Origin: Octopus sinensis
Taxonomy: Eukaryota
Direction of reading: 5' to 3'
Length of the DNA: 64,000 nt
NCBI RefSeq assembly: GCF_006345805.1
Contig: NW_021832853.1
Location: forward strand, 31,483 to 95,482
Positions 12,852 through 25,197 of this stretch are shown here, in pieces. Each line of letters starts with the position of its first letter. Position 1 is the stretch's first letter. Below the pieces are notes generated by a model that had not been told where the DNA came from, did no database searches, and was given only the letters and a program-made list of their open reading frames with translations. The translations under genes and the position numbers were made by a program.

Positions 12852-15457
12852 TTAAGATAGCAGGAAAACTGACAACCTCAACACTGTAAAAGTCATGCCA
12901 TTATATTAATGTGCAGATCACAACTAGGAAACTAGACTTTTGAAAGTTTATTTATATTTTAGCACTTAATAACAGGAAATATGTGTCCCTAATGTATACC
13001 ATTATTCCTGTAATTACCCCTTCATTTAAAGGAACAATGGATGGATTACATTCTGTAGTAAACAAGTATATTAGCAAACACAAAACCAAGAAGAAGAAGA
13101 GTTAATCCTTATAACTATTTGTCAGAAGTTTGAATACTAGCTATAACTATTTACCAACTATTTCAGCTGTAGTTAACTGGCACCAAGTTTAGATGGCAAC
13201 ACTGACAGATTAGCTTTATATTTTCATTTTAATAAGATAAGAGCTTTCAGCATGAATTTAAATATCTTTCTTTCAATATTCATTGATTATACATAGAATT
13301 ATAATGATGATTTAAGTATAATTTAAAATTCTCTCCCTAATGAATAAGCATTAGTGAATGAAGTACTTTCAGGAATTGGGAATAAAAGGAATGATAGGCT
13401 AATTCCCCTATAGACACATAGTGCTCACCAAACAATAATAATGATTATTACTATGATAAAATAGGAGAGTACTGTAGTTTGCTTGAAGCATTGTGTATTG
13501 TTTGTAAAGAATAAAAAGTTTTGAATGGTACAACAATACACTATAATACAGACAATGGGCTACAAAGATTTGGATAATTTTCCAGTTTGTTCCACCGATG
13601 GATTTAAAGTATATTTTGATCATATATACATACTATGAATTAAAAATAATCACACTAAAAGTATCGAGATTTTTAAAATCTCAACAAGAAAAATATCAAA
13701 ATGAAGCTGAACTAATACTTTGATAAAATGGCAAACAAAGTTTAGAATCATTTACACATGGTACAATATGGAATCCAGGGAAATTAGTATTTGTCTGCAT
13801 AGGTAAAGATTAATTCCTAGATTTCATGGAAGAGTTCAATGAATAGATTTTCTGTGAGGAGTAAAAGAGTTTAAGTTCAAACACTTGCCCTTCTTTCTGC
13901 AGAGAAAATATATAAAAGTGTAATCGCTTTGGTCACAAAATTGCGAATGAAAAATGGAATAAAATGATAGTATGATGTCAGGAACGAGCAGCAATGTAGG
14001 AAGAGAGGGGGAAAAGCTGGTGACAGGTGCTATGAGCTATGAGCAAGGTAAATTATAGAGGATGAAATAAATATCAAAAAATGAGGGAGGTGGTGAGGAC
14101 CAGATCAAGTGAGGTGGTAGATACTATTAAGAACTCCTAACAAAGAGAAGAGGTGGACAATACTAAGGAGGGAGAAAAGGAATGGAAGAGGAAACATGCA
14201 AAGAACTGAGTTTAATAAGGAGGGTCCAAGAACTGTAAAATAATTTATGACAGTAAGGAGTTAGCAGAATTGTAAAGAAAATTAATAGTGTCTAGAGTGG
14301 AGGTCAGTAGGGATGGAAAGAAATATATAGTAATCTGTGACAGGATGTGGGTGGTGGATGTGGGGGAATTAGAAGGCCAATATAATAAAATAGATTATAA
14401 ACAAAATCCAACTACATGCTGCACACAGCGTGTACAATATGTGAAGTACATGCATACAACTGCATTCAAAATAGCTAACCATACAATACATGGACACACA
14501 CACACATATATATATATACATATAGACAGACATAAGCAACACAGCACAAATAAATACACATCACACAAGAGCATTGTTTTGTTTCTTTTTTCTTCGTATT
14601 TTAAGGATGAAGGGGTTTGAAAGTAGAAGGCAGAATTAAAGGAAGCTGAGATGTAAATTCAGACCCTAAGGTGCCAAAGAAACCATGCTGAAGAAGGTGT
14701 TTTGCGGGGTATAATGAGACTTGGAGACACTGTGTATTTGCAAGTCTCATTCTACCCAGTGTTGGAGAACTGCACAATCTGAGAGGTGATCAGCTGAGTG
14801 ACTGAGCAAGTTAGTGCTAGACTACAAGTTTTTGAGGACTTCTTGGATGTTTTTATGGACATCCAGCAAATGCTCACAGAACCTGTTTTATTTATGTATT
14901 TACCTTTTTGTTATCAAATTTCTGTTGAAATACAGTCTTTGTTTCAGTTAATTTTTTAAAAATGCAGAGTGATAATGATATGATTGAGAAGACCTGTTCA
15001 GTCAAGTAATACCAAAATCGTAGCTGTGGCTAGTGCCCCATGACTGGCTCCCACTCTGGTAACACATAAAATGCATCATCCAAACATGGTCAATGCCAAT
15101 GCCTTCTGACTGGCTCCTGTGCTGGTGGCATGTAAAATGCACCATCCAAACTTTTATTCTCACAAATTTAAAACATTTATACGTTATCATTGATAAGTGT
15201 CTGATATTGCCATCTACAGTTCATACACACACACACACACACAAATATATTATATATATATACACTCACAGTTTTAGTTTCAAGGGTTTGAAGAATACAT
15301 TCATCTCAGATTGTCAGAAGTAGTGTCTCTGGGCATGTGTTCAATGCGCTCATGAAATAAAGGCATGTAGGACTGAGTCAAGCTGTTATTAAATACAAGT
15401 AAATCCAACTAAATGTGTTGAGTGCTACTCTCTTTCTTTTGTGTATGTGTATATATT

Positions 15458-15855
15458 CTTTTATTCTTATACTTGTTTCAGTCACCAGACTGCCGCCATA
15501 CAGTGGCACTGCCCTGTGGGTTTTCTTGAATAAATCAATTGCCAGCACTTATTTTTAAGCCTGGACTTTACTCTATCAGTCACTCTTAACTGCACTGCTA
15601 AGTTAGAGGGACATAAACAAACCAAGACTCATTCTCAAGTTGTGGTGACGAGGCAAATACAAAAACATGCACACATAGATATATACATGCATACATATAT
15701 ATGATGGACATCTTTCAGTTTCTGTCTACCGAATCCCCTCACAAGGCTTTGGTTGGACTATAGTAGAAGACACTTGCCCAAGGTGTCACACAGAGGGATT
15801 GAACTGAGAATTATGAGGCTAGGAAGAATTTTCTTACTACACAGCCGCACCTGCA
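15458..15855 (-). mobile_element. tRNA-derived SINE with central microsatellite (family 1)
   Basis: Same head, core and tail as copies at about 590-870, 6700-6840, 8368-8520, 18218-19755, 23572-23845, 30536-30680, 54288-54675 and 61700-61995. Confidence 0.8.
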
Positions 15856-16139
15856 ACTACATAAAACACAGGCTATTTCAAAAACCCCTTTCCAGATTAC
15901 CAATTTTCAGTTATTTTCATTAATTATCTAATTTTTGCATTTACAGGTGTCTCTTCCCTATCTAGAGGAACAGACTGCAATTATCAGGTCATTCCATAAG
16001 TAATGTCTGGACTTCTTTATTGTCAATTTCTAAACGCTTTAACAGTATTTTAGAATGTCTAATGACATCAAGTAACATTTATATGTATTTGGACATATTT
16101 CAACTAATTAAATTTCATTTTTCAGAATAACCTAATTGA

Positions 16140-16960
16140 AATTTCATTAATCAGAGTTCTTTGAGGCATATAATACATTATGAGTTTACAAAAGGGAACT
16201 CTGCAACTGAAACAACTCAAAATATTCACCCAGCTTATAGACAGGAGTTCATGAATAAAAGAACTTGCAGAAGATGTTTTGTAAAATTCGGATTTGGAAA
16301 TTTCAGGCATGAAGATGAGACCAGAACAGAACGTCCAATTGAGTTTGATGACTAGCTCATTTTAGAAGAACTTGAAAAAGATCACACAGTTTCAGTTGAA
16401 TAATTGGCAAGCAAGCTTCATTCATATCATACAACTATTCACCGCCATCTTCAAGAGCTTAGGAAGATGGGTGCTCAATGAAGTGTCTGAAGCCAACTGC
16501 AAATACTGAGCGGACTTCAGCTCTTCTCTTCATTCTCGTGGGACAGAGAGGTGACCGGTGATGAAAAATGGATCCACTACCAAAATATTAAGAGTCCTAG
16601 ACATTGGCTTGGTGAGGAGGAAAAGGGCCCAACCACAACCAGAATGGAAACTCCATGTGAAGAAGGCTCTTCTCTCTGTTTGGTAGGATTCCAAAGGAGG
16701 CATCCACTTTGAGTTGTTACCAACTAATGCAACAATCAATGCTCAAATCTACTGTCAGCAATTAGAGCGTTTGCATGCTGCTTTGAAGAAAAAAAGTCCC
16801 GCTTTAGTGAACCGAGAGGGAGTGTTGTTTCATTAGGACAAAGCAAAACACCCACACCTCAAAGATCACATCACTGAAGATCAAGGAACTTAGCTGGGAG
16901 AAAATTGTTCAACTGCATTATTTCCCAGACCTTGCTCCTTCTGCTTACCATCTCTTATAA
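16140..16960 (+). mobile_element. Degenerate mariner (DD34D-type) transposase fragment
   Basis: RHIIHYEFTKGNSATETTQNI HTH start, VTGDEKWIHY, and a decayed SPDLAPSAYHL motif, with stops and frameshifts. Confidence 0.85.
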
Positions 16961-18217
16961 ACATGTCATAGTCTCAAAAAGAAAAAAAAAACATATATAC
17001 CAGCAGCAGGTGATGCCACAGCTGGACAACTTTTGCCTGCTGCTGTTATATTTCAGTGCTCATTGACACTATATGTCTAAGAGATATTTTCTCAAGATAA
17101 ATATCACAGTTTAGAAAGCTTTCAGCAATAAATATACTTTAAGTATGATATATAAATCACTAATTTGAAGTAATACTGCTTCCATTGCAAATAACAAATA
17201 AGTAATTTTTTTCTTTTTTTTTCTCTTTTGCAAAATGTATTTTATGTCAGTGACAAGAACTGAAATATCTATCATTGCTATAATTATGAATAATTTCTAA
17301 AATCAATTTTAAATTTCAAATTTAAAATAAAGTTTTGGCTTAACGAAACTTTCTTTCCAAATGTTTTGATAAATTACTTTGATGGTGTTTTTTTTTTAAA
17401 ACAAGTGACTAAATGAAGCAGCACCCATTCTTCTCCAAAGATGTGCATACAGCGATTGCAATATTACAAACACAATTATTGCTGTCTTTGCATAACTGGA
17501 TGTTGATGGCACCGTTATTGGCAATCAGCATGCAACAGCCAAAATGTATGAAACTAGGCATTTCACTCTAGAAACACATAAGTATCCCGTTTCCTATTTC
17601 TAATTATTTGTCTTAATTCTCTTTGTTTCTTTTTTTTTTTTAGTACCATTAAATTTTAAACCTTAAAAGAAAATATTTTATTTTGCTTGTGGATCCCCTA
17701 TGAGCTATCTTATCATATGTCGACCCCATATATGCACATGTAGGTTAGTAAAAACTAACAATGAAACAATTTCATAGTATTCACAACATAAATTCCAAAT
17801 ACAAATCTTGAAAATTTCAATATATACAGATACATCTCCTTGTAAGCAAAATTTATATATGGACCCACAAATTAGTTTTTTACCCCTTAAAGTTTCAGTG
17901 GACCCTGGTTAGGAACCCCTGTTTTAAAGTATACTGAAAACTTCTCACATAAGAATTCTTTGCGTGAAACATTTCTTGCAGCTTAAAAATAAGTTCTAAT
18001 TTTGTACCTGGAGAATTCTTGTTGCGACACTGTGCTTTCTTTTGAATGTCACCTATAAAATATATTGGTAAAAATCGTGGATCTTTATTCTGTAAAGGCT
18101 TAAGAGAACCAATTCTGTGATAAATTTCTCTTTGCACTGTAAAAGTCGGCATAAACCTACATTCCCTAGTAATTTTTGCCCCAAATGACGTCATTTGAAA
18201 AACATAATTGTATTTCT

Positions 18218-19563
18218 TTTATTCTTTTACTTGTTTCAGTCATTTGACTGCAGCCATGCAGGAGCACTGCTTTTAGTCGAACAAATCTTATTCTTTGTAA
18301 GCCTAGTACTTATTCTATCGATTTTTTTGCCAAACTGCTAACTTACGGGGATGTAAACACACAAGCATCAGTGGTCAAGCAATGGTGGGGGACAAACACA
18401 GGCACACAAGCGCACATATACATATAGGGGTTGAACAAAATAAGGGAAACACCTAGCATCATAGCATCACAATTTTGAAATATTTATAAAACTGTCAAAA
18501 GCTTGTTTTTATGTTTTTTTGATTTATTATTAGTGTTGCTTAATATGTTTTGTTAAAATTGCTGTTTCTTTTCAGATATCATCAGAAAAAGGTAATTAAA
18601 ATTCATTAAAATGACAGATCTATTGGACTTTCAAAGAGGTCAAATTGTTGGTGCTTGTGTGGCAGGCACTAGTGTAACAAAAACAGCCAAAATGTTTGGT
18701 GTATCAAAAAATACTGTCTCAAAAGTAATGACAACCCTTGAGAAAGAGGAAAAAACCTCCTTGTCAAAACAAAACTCCAGAAGAAAACTAAAACTTTCAG
18801 ATAGGGAACGGTGAACTCTTATGTGAATTGTTAGAAAGGATCACAAAAGTACAGCTCCTAAAATTACTACAGAGTTTAATGACCATCTTCAGAACCCAGT
18901 TTCCACAAAAGTTGTTCGCCGGGAGCTGCACAAAGCAGGATTTCACAGGAGGGCTGCAATCAGAAAACCACTACTTTCAAAACAAATGTTGCAAAGCGTT
19001 TAGAGTGGGGTAAAAACCTACAGAATTGGTCCCAAGAGCTGTTGTAGAATGCTATTTTCTCAGATGAGTCATCCTTTACCTTATTTCCAACCACTGGCTG
19101 AGTATACGTGTGGAGACAGCCAAAAGAATCATTTGACCCAGATTGCCTTCTTCCAACTGTTAAAAGAGTATCTGTGATAATCTGGGGCACAATGGTTTCC
19201 CTTCATGGCAGAATTAATAGTCAAAACTATTTAAGCATTTTATCTCATCAAATTTTCCTTTGGTTGCAGAACTGGCACAAGTTGAACATCTTATCTGGCC
19301 AGCACAGTCCCCAGATCTCAATATTATTGAATATTTTAGAAAAACAAGTAAGGAGTCAATATGCTTCACCATCATCACTACAAGAACTGGAGACTATTTT
19401 AGCTGAAGAATGGACAAAAATTCCTTTGGAAACAATTCAAACTTTGTACGAGTCCATACCTCATAGAATTCAAGCTGTAATTACTGCCAAAGTGCGGTCC
19501 TACCCCATATTAAAATAAATTTGTTTGAAATTTTAAGGGGTTTCCATTATTTTGTCCAACCCT

Positions 19564-19601
<38 letters not shown>

Positions 19602-19755
19602 GGGCTTCTTTCAGTTTCCATCTACCAAATCCACTCACTAGGCTTTGGTTGGCCTGAGGCTACAGTAGAAGACACTTGCCCAAGGTGCCACACAGTGGGA
19701 CTGAACCCAGAACCATGTGGTTGGTAAGCAAGCTACTTACCACTCAGCCACTCCT
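18218..19755 (-). mobile_element. Family-1 SINE split by a Tc1 insertion
   Basis: The SINE 3' half (18218-18424) and 5' half (19566-19755) rejoin at the central (TA)n. Confidence 0.85.
18425..19565 (+). mobile_element. Tc1-family DNA transposon, internally deleted and inactive
   Basis: TIRs of about 29 bp (taggggttgaacaaaataagggaaacacc / ggggtttccattattttgtccaacccttg) with TA TSD. Transposase remnants: MTDLLDFQRGQIVGA..., FSDESSF, ...EEWTKIPLETIQTLYESIPHRIQAVITAK. Confidence 0.92.
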
Positions 19756-20938
19756 TGAATATCTTTATTCTGAAGTGGTGCCCAAAAGAAAATGTTTTAT
19801 AAGTTCTGGAGGCTCATTTATTGATAAATGGACTTCACATTTAGAACAACACTTACCTAATGATTCCTTGTCCCACACTTTTCACATGTTTTGAACATAG
19901 AGCCAAGAGAGACAATTCTTTCAGATGCAAAATTACGATCACGGCTACACCTTCCAATTGAAAGTCTATACTTTTTCTGCTGATTTTCTCTGAAAAGCTT
20001 TCTCCTTTTTGGTCATTTTCAGTTTTGTTGTTTATTTATTCTACCTTTTTCTCTCCTTTTCTGCAGTCGTATTTCTTCGTCTTTTTTATTTTCTTGTAAT
20101 TTTTTTTATTTCTATAATTTCCCTTCTTTCTCTGCAATCTTATTTCCCTATCTTTTTCTCTTGTCCTCCTCTCATATTCTGTCATTTTTTGCAACCTAAC
20201 TTTCCGATGGTTTTTTTTTTTTACGATCATTTTTTTAAGTGTTTGAATTCTCATTCTTTTGTCTTTTTCACTGTCTTGTGATGTTTCATTTCCTTCTACA
20301 TTTCTTTCATGCTTATGATCGTTAATGGGAAAGAGAGCATCGTAGTGGCCGTTATCAAGTTCGCCATTATATAATACTAAAACCTTCCTTTCTGTAACTT
20401 TTTGAATACTTGCAACATTGTACAATTCACTAATGGCAGCTAATTCAGCATTACCACCGTATGTTCCATCCCTACTCATGTACGTTTGGTATTACTGCAT
20501 TTTACTATTAGGAATAAAAGAACGAAATTATTTCCAATTATTGCATATGTATCGTACGGAGTCTTCCCAAAGAATTTGGTAATTCCTGTTGTTTTTGAGC
20601 AAGAGTGACACAGCTCTGGCCATACAGTTAACATCACCCATGACTTTATTAAAAGACTGAATTAATAAATTAATGTAATTGTTGAATATTTTTCAATGAA
20701 TTCAGTAAGGGACTTTATCTTCAGTTCAGACTTTAGATAGTTCTATGAAGAGAACGTGACGGAAAATTACAACACCAAAAGGGATAAGATTCTAAATGAT
20801 AGCAAAATCCCCTTTAGAAACCTATCTTTCAATCTTTGCAATAGATGAATGAGTGATTATAATTTTGTAAATAATAAAAACGAAATTAATAAGCTACTTC
20901 ACCTTCAATGTTGACTTGAAACGTCGTCTTCATGGAAA

Positions 20939-21305
20939 GAAAAGTGAACAAAGTATTTAGCAGACGATAACTTCTTTATCAACTTTTCACAAATGGAAGA
21001 AACGGAATACTTCGGTTATTTCTGGATAATTTCGGTTTAAACGTTGTCCAATACTTGTCTAGAAGTTTGTGAGTGTGTGTATGAGAGAGAGAGAGAGAGA
21101 GAGAGAGACTAACAGAGGGAGAAAGACAAAGTGAAACAGACAGAGACAAAAAGAAAAGTGAACTAAGAATTTAGCAGGCGATAACTTCTTTATGAACTGT
21201 TCACAAATGGCAGAAACGGAATACTTCGGTTATTTCCGGATAATTTCGGTTTAAACGATGTCCAATACTTGTCTAGAAATTTGTGTGTGAGAGAGAGAGA
21301 GACAG
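20939..21305. repeat. Tandem duplication of a ~165-bp CpG-containing unit ending in (GA)n
   Basis: aaagtgaac...cgataacttctttat...acggaatacttcggttattt...gtccaatacttgtctagaa...(GA)n occurs at about 20939-21108 and 21151-21305. Confidence 0.88.
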
Positions 21306-21840
21306 AAAGAGATTGAAAGTACACACACGCATGTATCTCTGAATTAATGTTACTATCCCACTACCATACCATATTTGTCGCTTACTCCATTGCTACTCAA
21401 AGTGGTGGTCCACGGTCCAGGGCGAGTTTCCAAAAAAGAAAGAAACATTATAAAATGCTTATGTAATGATGTAATATTTGTTTACAAAATAAATACAAGA
21501 TAAAAAAAATTGTCAAGTTTTATTATATTCAATATATATATTGTTTCTGGTATAAATTAATATTACTGGTCCCTGGAAAAATCTGCCATACGTCACATCA
21601 GATAGTTTTTCACTCCCTTCGAAATTACTGGTTTGAACTGTTCCTTCTAACGTAAGGCAGCCCTATGATGAATACCTCTTATTTTATATGAATTCTATAC
21701 ACACACACACAAGATTAGGGCCCCACTTATCGATGCTTAATATAAACATAAACGGTAAAATTAAGAATGAACCGACGATAAGTATGTCGAAAATATAGGA
21801 ATTCGTAAATGTATGGTGAAAACAAAAGCGCATGAGCCGA

Positions 21841-22109
21841 TGTAACAGCCCAGAATATATCCCTACCCAGACAGCCAGCCTAGAATATACCCCTGCCCAG
21901 ACTATGCCCCGTACTTGCGAACAAACAGAAAAATTAAGCATTTTTCGAAGTAATTCTGTTAAAAACGATGTATAATTTTTACAAATTAAATATTTTTCGA
22001 ACAAAAAAATTTGAACCCTAACCCTATCTTTAGTTAGTTTATAAAAAATAAATTTACTTAGTTGAAGCATCGACTACCTAGCGCGGATGCGCGCACCGGG
22101 ACCACTTAG
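21841..22109 (+). mobile_element. Non-autonomous repeat, Helitron-like
   Basis: Two ~30-bp internal tandem units, an AACCCTAACCCT motif, and a GCGC-GGAT-GCGC hairpin followed by ACCGGGACCACTTAG. The terminus is shared with 23866-23916. Confidence 0.5.
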
Positions 22110-22194
22110 CGACACACGAATAGGGCTTTTTCGTAACGCACTAAAATCGCAGATCAATAGAAAATCGAAAGTTGGAAATCATGAAAATATAGGT

Positions 22195-22210
22195 GGCCCT
22201 TAAAAGGACC
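22195..22210 (-). terminator. Histone 3' stem-loop of H2B (GGTCCTTTTAAGGGCC)
   Basis: 16-nt 6-4-6 hairpin 21 nt after the stop codon. The loop is UUUA rather than UUUC. Confidence 0.92.
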
Positions 22211-22231
22211 GTTTTTCGAGAAACGCAAGGT

Positions 22232-22609
22232 TTACTTGCTGCTGGTGTATTTGGTAACAGCCTTGGTACCTTCAGAGACGGCGTGCTTAGCCAACTCACC
22301 AGGGAGAAGCAGACGGACAGCAGTCTGTACCTCACGGCTACTGATGGTCGAACGTTTGTTGTAGTGAGCCAAACGGCTGGCTTCAGAAGCTATTCTTTCG
22401 AACAAATCGTTGACAAAACTGTTCATGATGGACATAGCTTTGCTGGAGATGCCAGTGTCGGGGTGGACTTGTTTCATTACTTTGTAGATGTAGATGGAAT
22501 AACTTTCCTTCCTCTTCTTCTTGCGCTTCTTGTCTCCGGCGGGACGTGAAGATTTGGCCTTGGAAGCCTTCTTGGCTCCTTTCGAAGCGGTAGCTGGTGC
22601 TGGTGGCAT
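22232..22609 (-). CDS. H2B: Histone H2B (125 aa, intronless)
   Basis: [26 protein letters not shown]...[17 protein letters not shown], with a stem-loop downstream. Confidence 0.99.
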   Translation of the reverse strand: MPPAPATASKGAKKASKAKSSRPAGDKKRKKKRKESYSIYIYKVMKQVHPDTGISSKAMSIMNSFVNDLFERIASEASRLAHYNKRSTISSREVQTAVRLLLPGELAKHAVSEGTKAVTKYTSSK

Positions 22610-22871
22610 GATGTCACTTGCGAATCGATGTTGCTTACTCTGATTCTACTCTATTTATAGCTGTCAAGTAGGCTCAGCAGATGAACATTTTTGTAAATTC
22701 GCGCCGTTCATTTTCATTGGTCGAATTTGACAACTGTGTCACGTGACAATGGCCCGCATATTTTTTAACTGCTCATCGACTGCTGGAGCCGATGAGGCAG
22801 TATTTAAAGGAGAAAAGCTCTATATCATTTAATCGCCGTTTTGTTGCAAACTAGTATCTAACTTCTAAAAA
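22610..22871. promoter_or_regulatory. Bidirectional H2B/H2A promoter
   Basis: TATAAATA on the minus strand at 22652-22659, TATTTAAA near 22801, TTCGCGCC at 22698-22705, ATTGG near 22716, and the palindrome TGTCACGTGACA at 22737-22748. Confidence 0.75.
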
Positions 22872-23249
22872 ATGTCTGGACGTGGTAAAGGAGGTAAAGT
22901 GAAGGGAAAGAGCAAGACCCGTTCATCCCGTGCTGGACTTCAGTTCCCTGTCGGTCGTATCCACCGTCTTCTTCGTAAGGGAAACTATGCCCAACGTGTT
23001 GGTGCCGGAGCCCCAGTCTACTTGGCCGCTGTTATGGAATATTTGGCAGCCGAAGTGTTGGAATTGGCAGGAAATGCTGCCAGAGACAACAAGAAATCGA
23101 GAATTATTCCCCGTCACTTGCAGTTGGCCATCCGTAACGACGAGGAGTTGAACAAACTTTTGTCCGGAGTGACCATCGCCCAAGGTGGTGTTCTCCCCAA
23201 TATCCAGGCTGTTCTTCTCCCCAAGAAGACCCAGAAGCCTTCCAAGTAA
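22872..23249 (+). CDS. H2A: Histone H2A (125 aa, canonical type)
   Basis: [31 protein letters not shown]...[12 protein letters not shown]. There is no SQ(E/D)Y tail, so it is not H2A.X. Confidence 0.99.
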   Translation: MSGRGKGGKVKGKSKTRSSRAGLQFPVGRIHRLLRKGNYAQRVGAGAPVYLAAVMEYLAAEVLELAGNAARDNKKSRIIPRHLQLAIRNDEELNKLLSGVTIAQGGVLPNIQAVLLPKKTQKPSK

Positions 23250-23283
23250 GCGCTTTCGCTGATGGCGTTTGCCTTCGTTCAAC

Positions 23284-23299
23284 GGTCCTTTTCAGGGCC
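23284..23299 (+). terminator. Histone 3' stem-loop of H2A (GGTCCTTTTCAGGGCC)
   Basis: Canonical 16-nt hairpin 34 nt after the stop codon. Confidence 0.95.
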
Positions 23300-23571
23300 C
23301 CTCATTTTCTGTAAATAGTCTCCTTGCCGGTTTTATTTGCGATTCTTTTTAAGTTATACATGGGTATTTTTGTAGGCGCAAGATGATTGAAACATCTAAG
23401 AAAATACATCCACACTAGCTGGTTGTAAGTAGTCGATCGTACAACGACTTGAGCGTATGTTTGTATCTGAATACATATCAAAGAAAATATATTTTCGAAC
23501 AAAGTAAATAAAGCGCAAAATAATTTTTTAAAACAATGTAATAAAGTAAATTATTTTTATAAACAAACATA

Positions 23572-23845
23572 GGCGCAGGAGTGGCTGTGTGGTAAAGTAG
23601 CTTGCTAACCAACCACATGGTTCCGGGTTCAGTCCCACTGCGTGGCATCTTGGGCAAGTGTCTTCTGCTATAGCCCCGGGCCGACCACTGAAAGAAGTCT
23701 GTCGTATATATGTGTGTGTGTGTCCCTAGCACATGCTGGTGTGTTTACGTCACTTAGCGGTTCGGCAAAAGATATCGATAGAATAAGTACTGGGCTTACA
23801 AAAAATAAGTCCCGGGGTCGATTTGCTCGACTTGAAACAAGAGAG
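23572..23845 (+). mobile_element. Family-1 SINE, CpG-retaining copy with internal deletions
   Basis: tRNA-like A box (TGGCTGTGTGG) and B box (GGTTCAGTCCC). It retains CpGs that are TG/CA in other copies. Confidence 0.85.
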
Positions 23846-23865
23846 TAAACTAGGGTTAGTCGTCG

Positions 23866-23916
23866 TAGGATCGACTAGCTAGCGCGAGTGTTCGCACCGG
23901 GACCACTTTTCGCTAG
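23866..23916 (+). mobile_element. Helitron-like 3' terminus
   Basis: GCGA-GTGT-TCGC hairpin followed 18 nt later by CTAG (23913-23916) and T. It shares atcgacta.ctagcgcg...cgcaccgggaccactt with 22069-22107. Confidence 0.55.
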
Positions 23917-24136
23917 TAGTACCCCATGTCCCTTATAAGTGTTGGATGACTCGCAGCATTGACCTCTCCGATATATTAACATTATAAATAATGGATGGGG
24001 GTGAAAGAATTGGATTTTCAAAATTTTAACAGTAGATGTATCGAAATTTACCTAAAAATTATTGATCAATGTAAACAAAAGTCAAGTTCTAACAATTTGG
24101 GCAAACGAACGAGGGAGATGGCTTTCGAGAAATCCA

Positions 24137-24698
24137 CACGATCCGATTTTTCCTTCATAACTCTCAGGAAAGATTGGTGTCTTTTCATGAAAGTTTATAC
24201 AAATACCTTTCAAACCACAGATTACAATTTTAAAGAATTGAGGAAATCTTTTCCAGTGGGTAGGGAGAACAGTTTCGGATCAGGAAGACCGCACAAGTTA
24301 TATTTTTAAATTTCCGCCTTCCGGTCTTTATTTATTTTGCTTTTAAATACCTCTCGGTAAAAGATAAAAATTAAATATTTTCAGAGGAAAAAGTGTGATT
24401 TGGCTATCGTTTCTAGCACGTCCCAAAACAATCCTCGTCGTTTCTCTCCCTCACGCATGTATGCTTTTCAATATTTTTCACCCCATAAACACGTTTATGC
24501 TGTAAGAAAAAAATTGAAAATTTCCACGGCTGTGATGAAAAGCAATTGGAAAAACCCGTCAAAACAAGAATTGTAAAAACTTTTCTCGTACAAATTTCTT
24601 TATAATCCGTAGCTATGCCGTTTGAAAAAAACAGTTGTATAAACTTTCATTAAAAGATACCTATTTTCCTGAAAGTTTGAGGGAAAAATCGGATCGTG
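24137..24698. mobile_element. Foldback/MITE with ~65-bp inverted arms
   Basis: cacgatccgatttttcc...gaaagtttataca (24137-24201) is the near reverse complement of 24636-24698. Confidence 0.7.
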
Positions 24699-25197
24699 AG
24701 AACTTTCCGAAGTTCTCCCCACCCACCCCGTTTGCACAAATTTTTCATATTCGTTTTCTACACATTTTTTAAAACCTAATTAAACTGGGATTTCTTTCAA
24801 CCAAATTTTGAAATACATGTGTATGTGTCAATGAAACGGTCATGGGAAGTGCTAGAAATAACAGCCAAATCTCCCCCGGTTCGTTTGCGATCCACCCCAT
24901 AACTTCGAAGACCATGCCAGCAATGTACCACGCGTGTGCTACTTCCTTATGTGCTTATGGGAAGAAAGTTACGGAAAAACATCAATACACCTGTGCTAGA
25001 AACAATAGCTAAATTGCCCTTAACTCACACACCTTTTCGTTTGAAAATATTTACATTTTTTTTCTAAACGAAAAGGCTTCTCATAGTTAAAGTACGTAGT
25101 GCAAAATAAATTGGAATTAGTTTAAAGCTTCGCTAGTCACAACAGAAGTAAATTCACGAGGGACGAACATTAGCCACGAAAAAAATAATCAAATATC

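Larger units (their letters stand above)
17930..20655 (-). mobile_element. Degenerate Helitron Rep/Hel N-terminal region with OTU protease domain, interrupted by a SINE
   Basis: IKVMGDVNCMARAVS (about 20650-20605) and MSRDGTYGGNAELAAISELY...NGHYDAL give the OTU Cys/His motifs. A basic coiled linker follows, then CC..EVHLSINEPPEL, and across the SINE KYNYVFQMTSFGAK...FMPTFTVQREIYHRIGSL...RFLPIYFIGD...LQEMFHAKNSYVRSF (Helitron N-domain). Confidence 0.85.
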
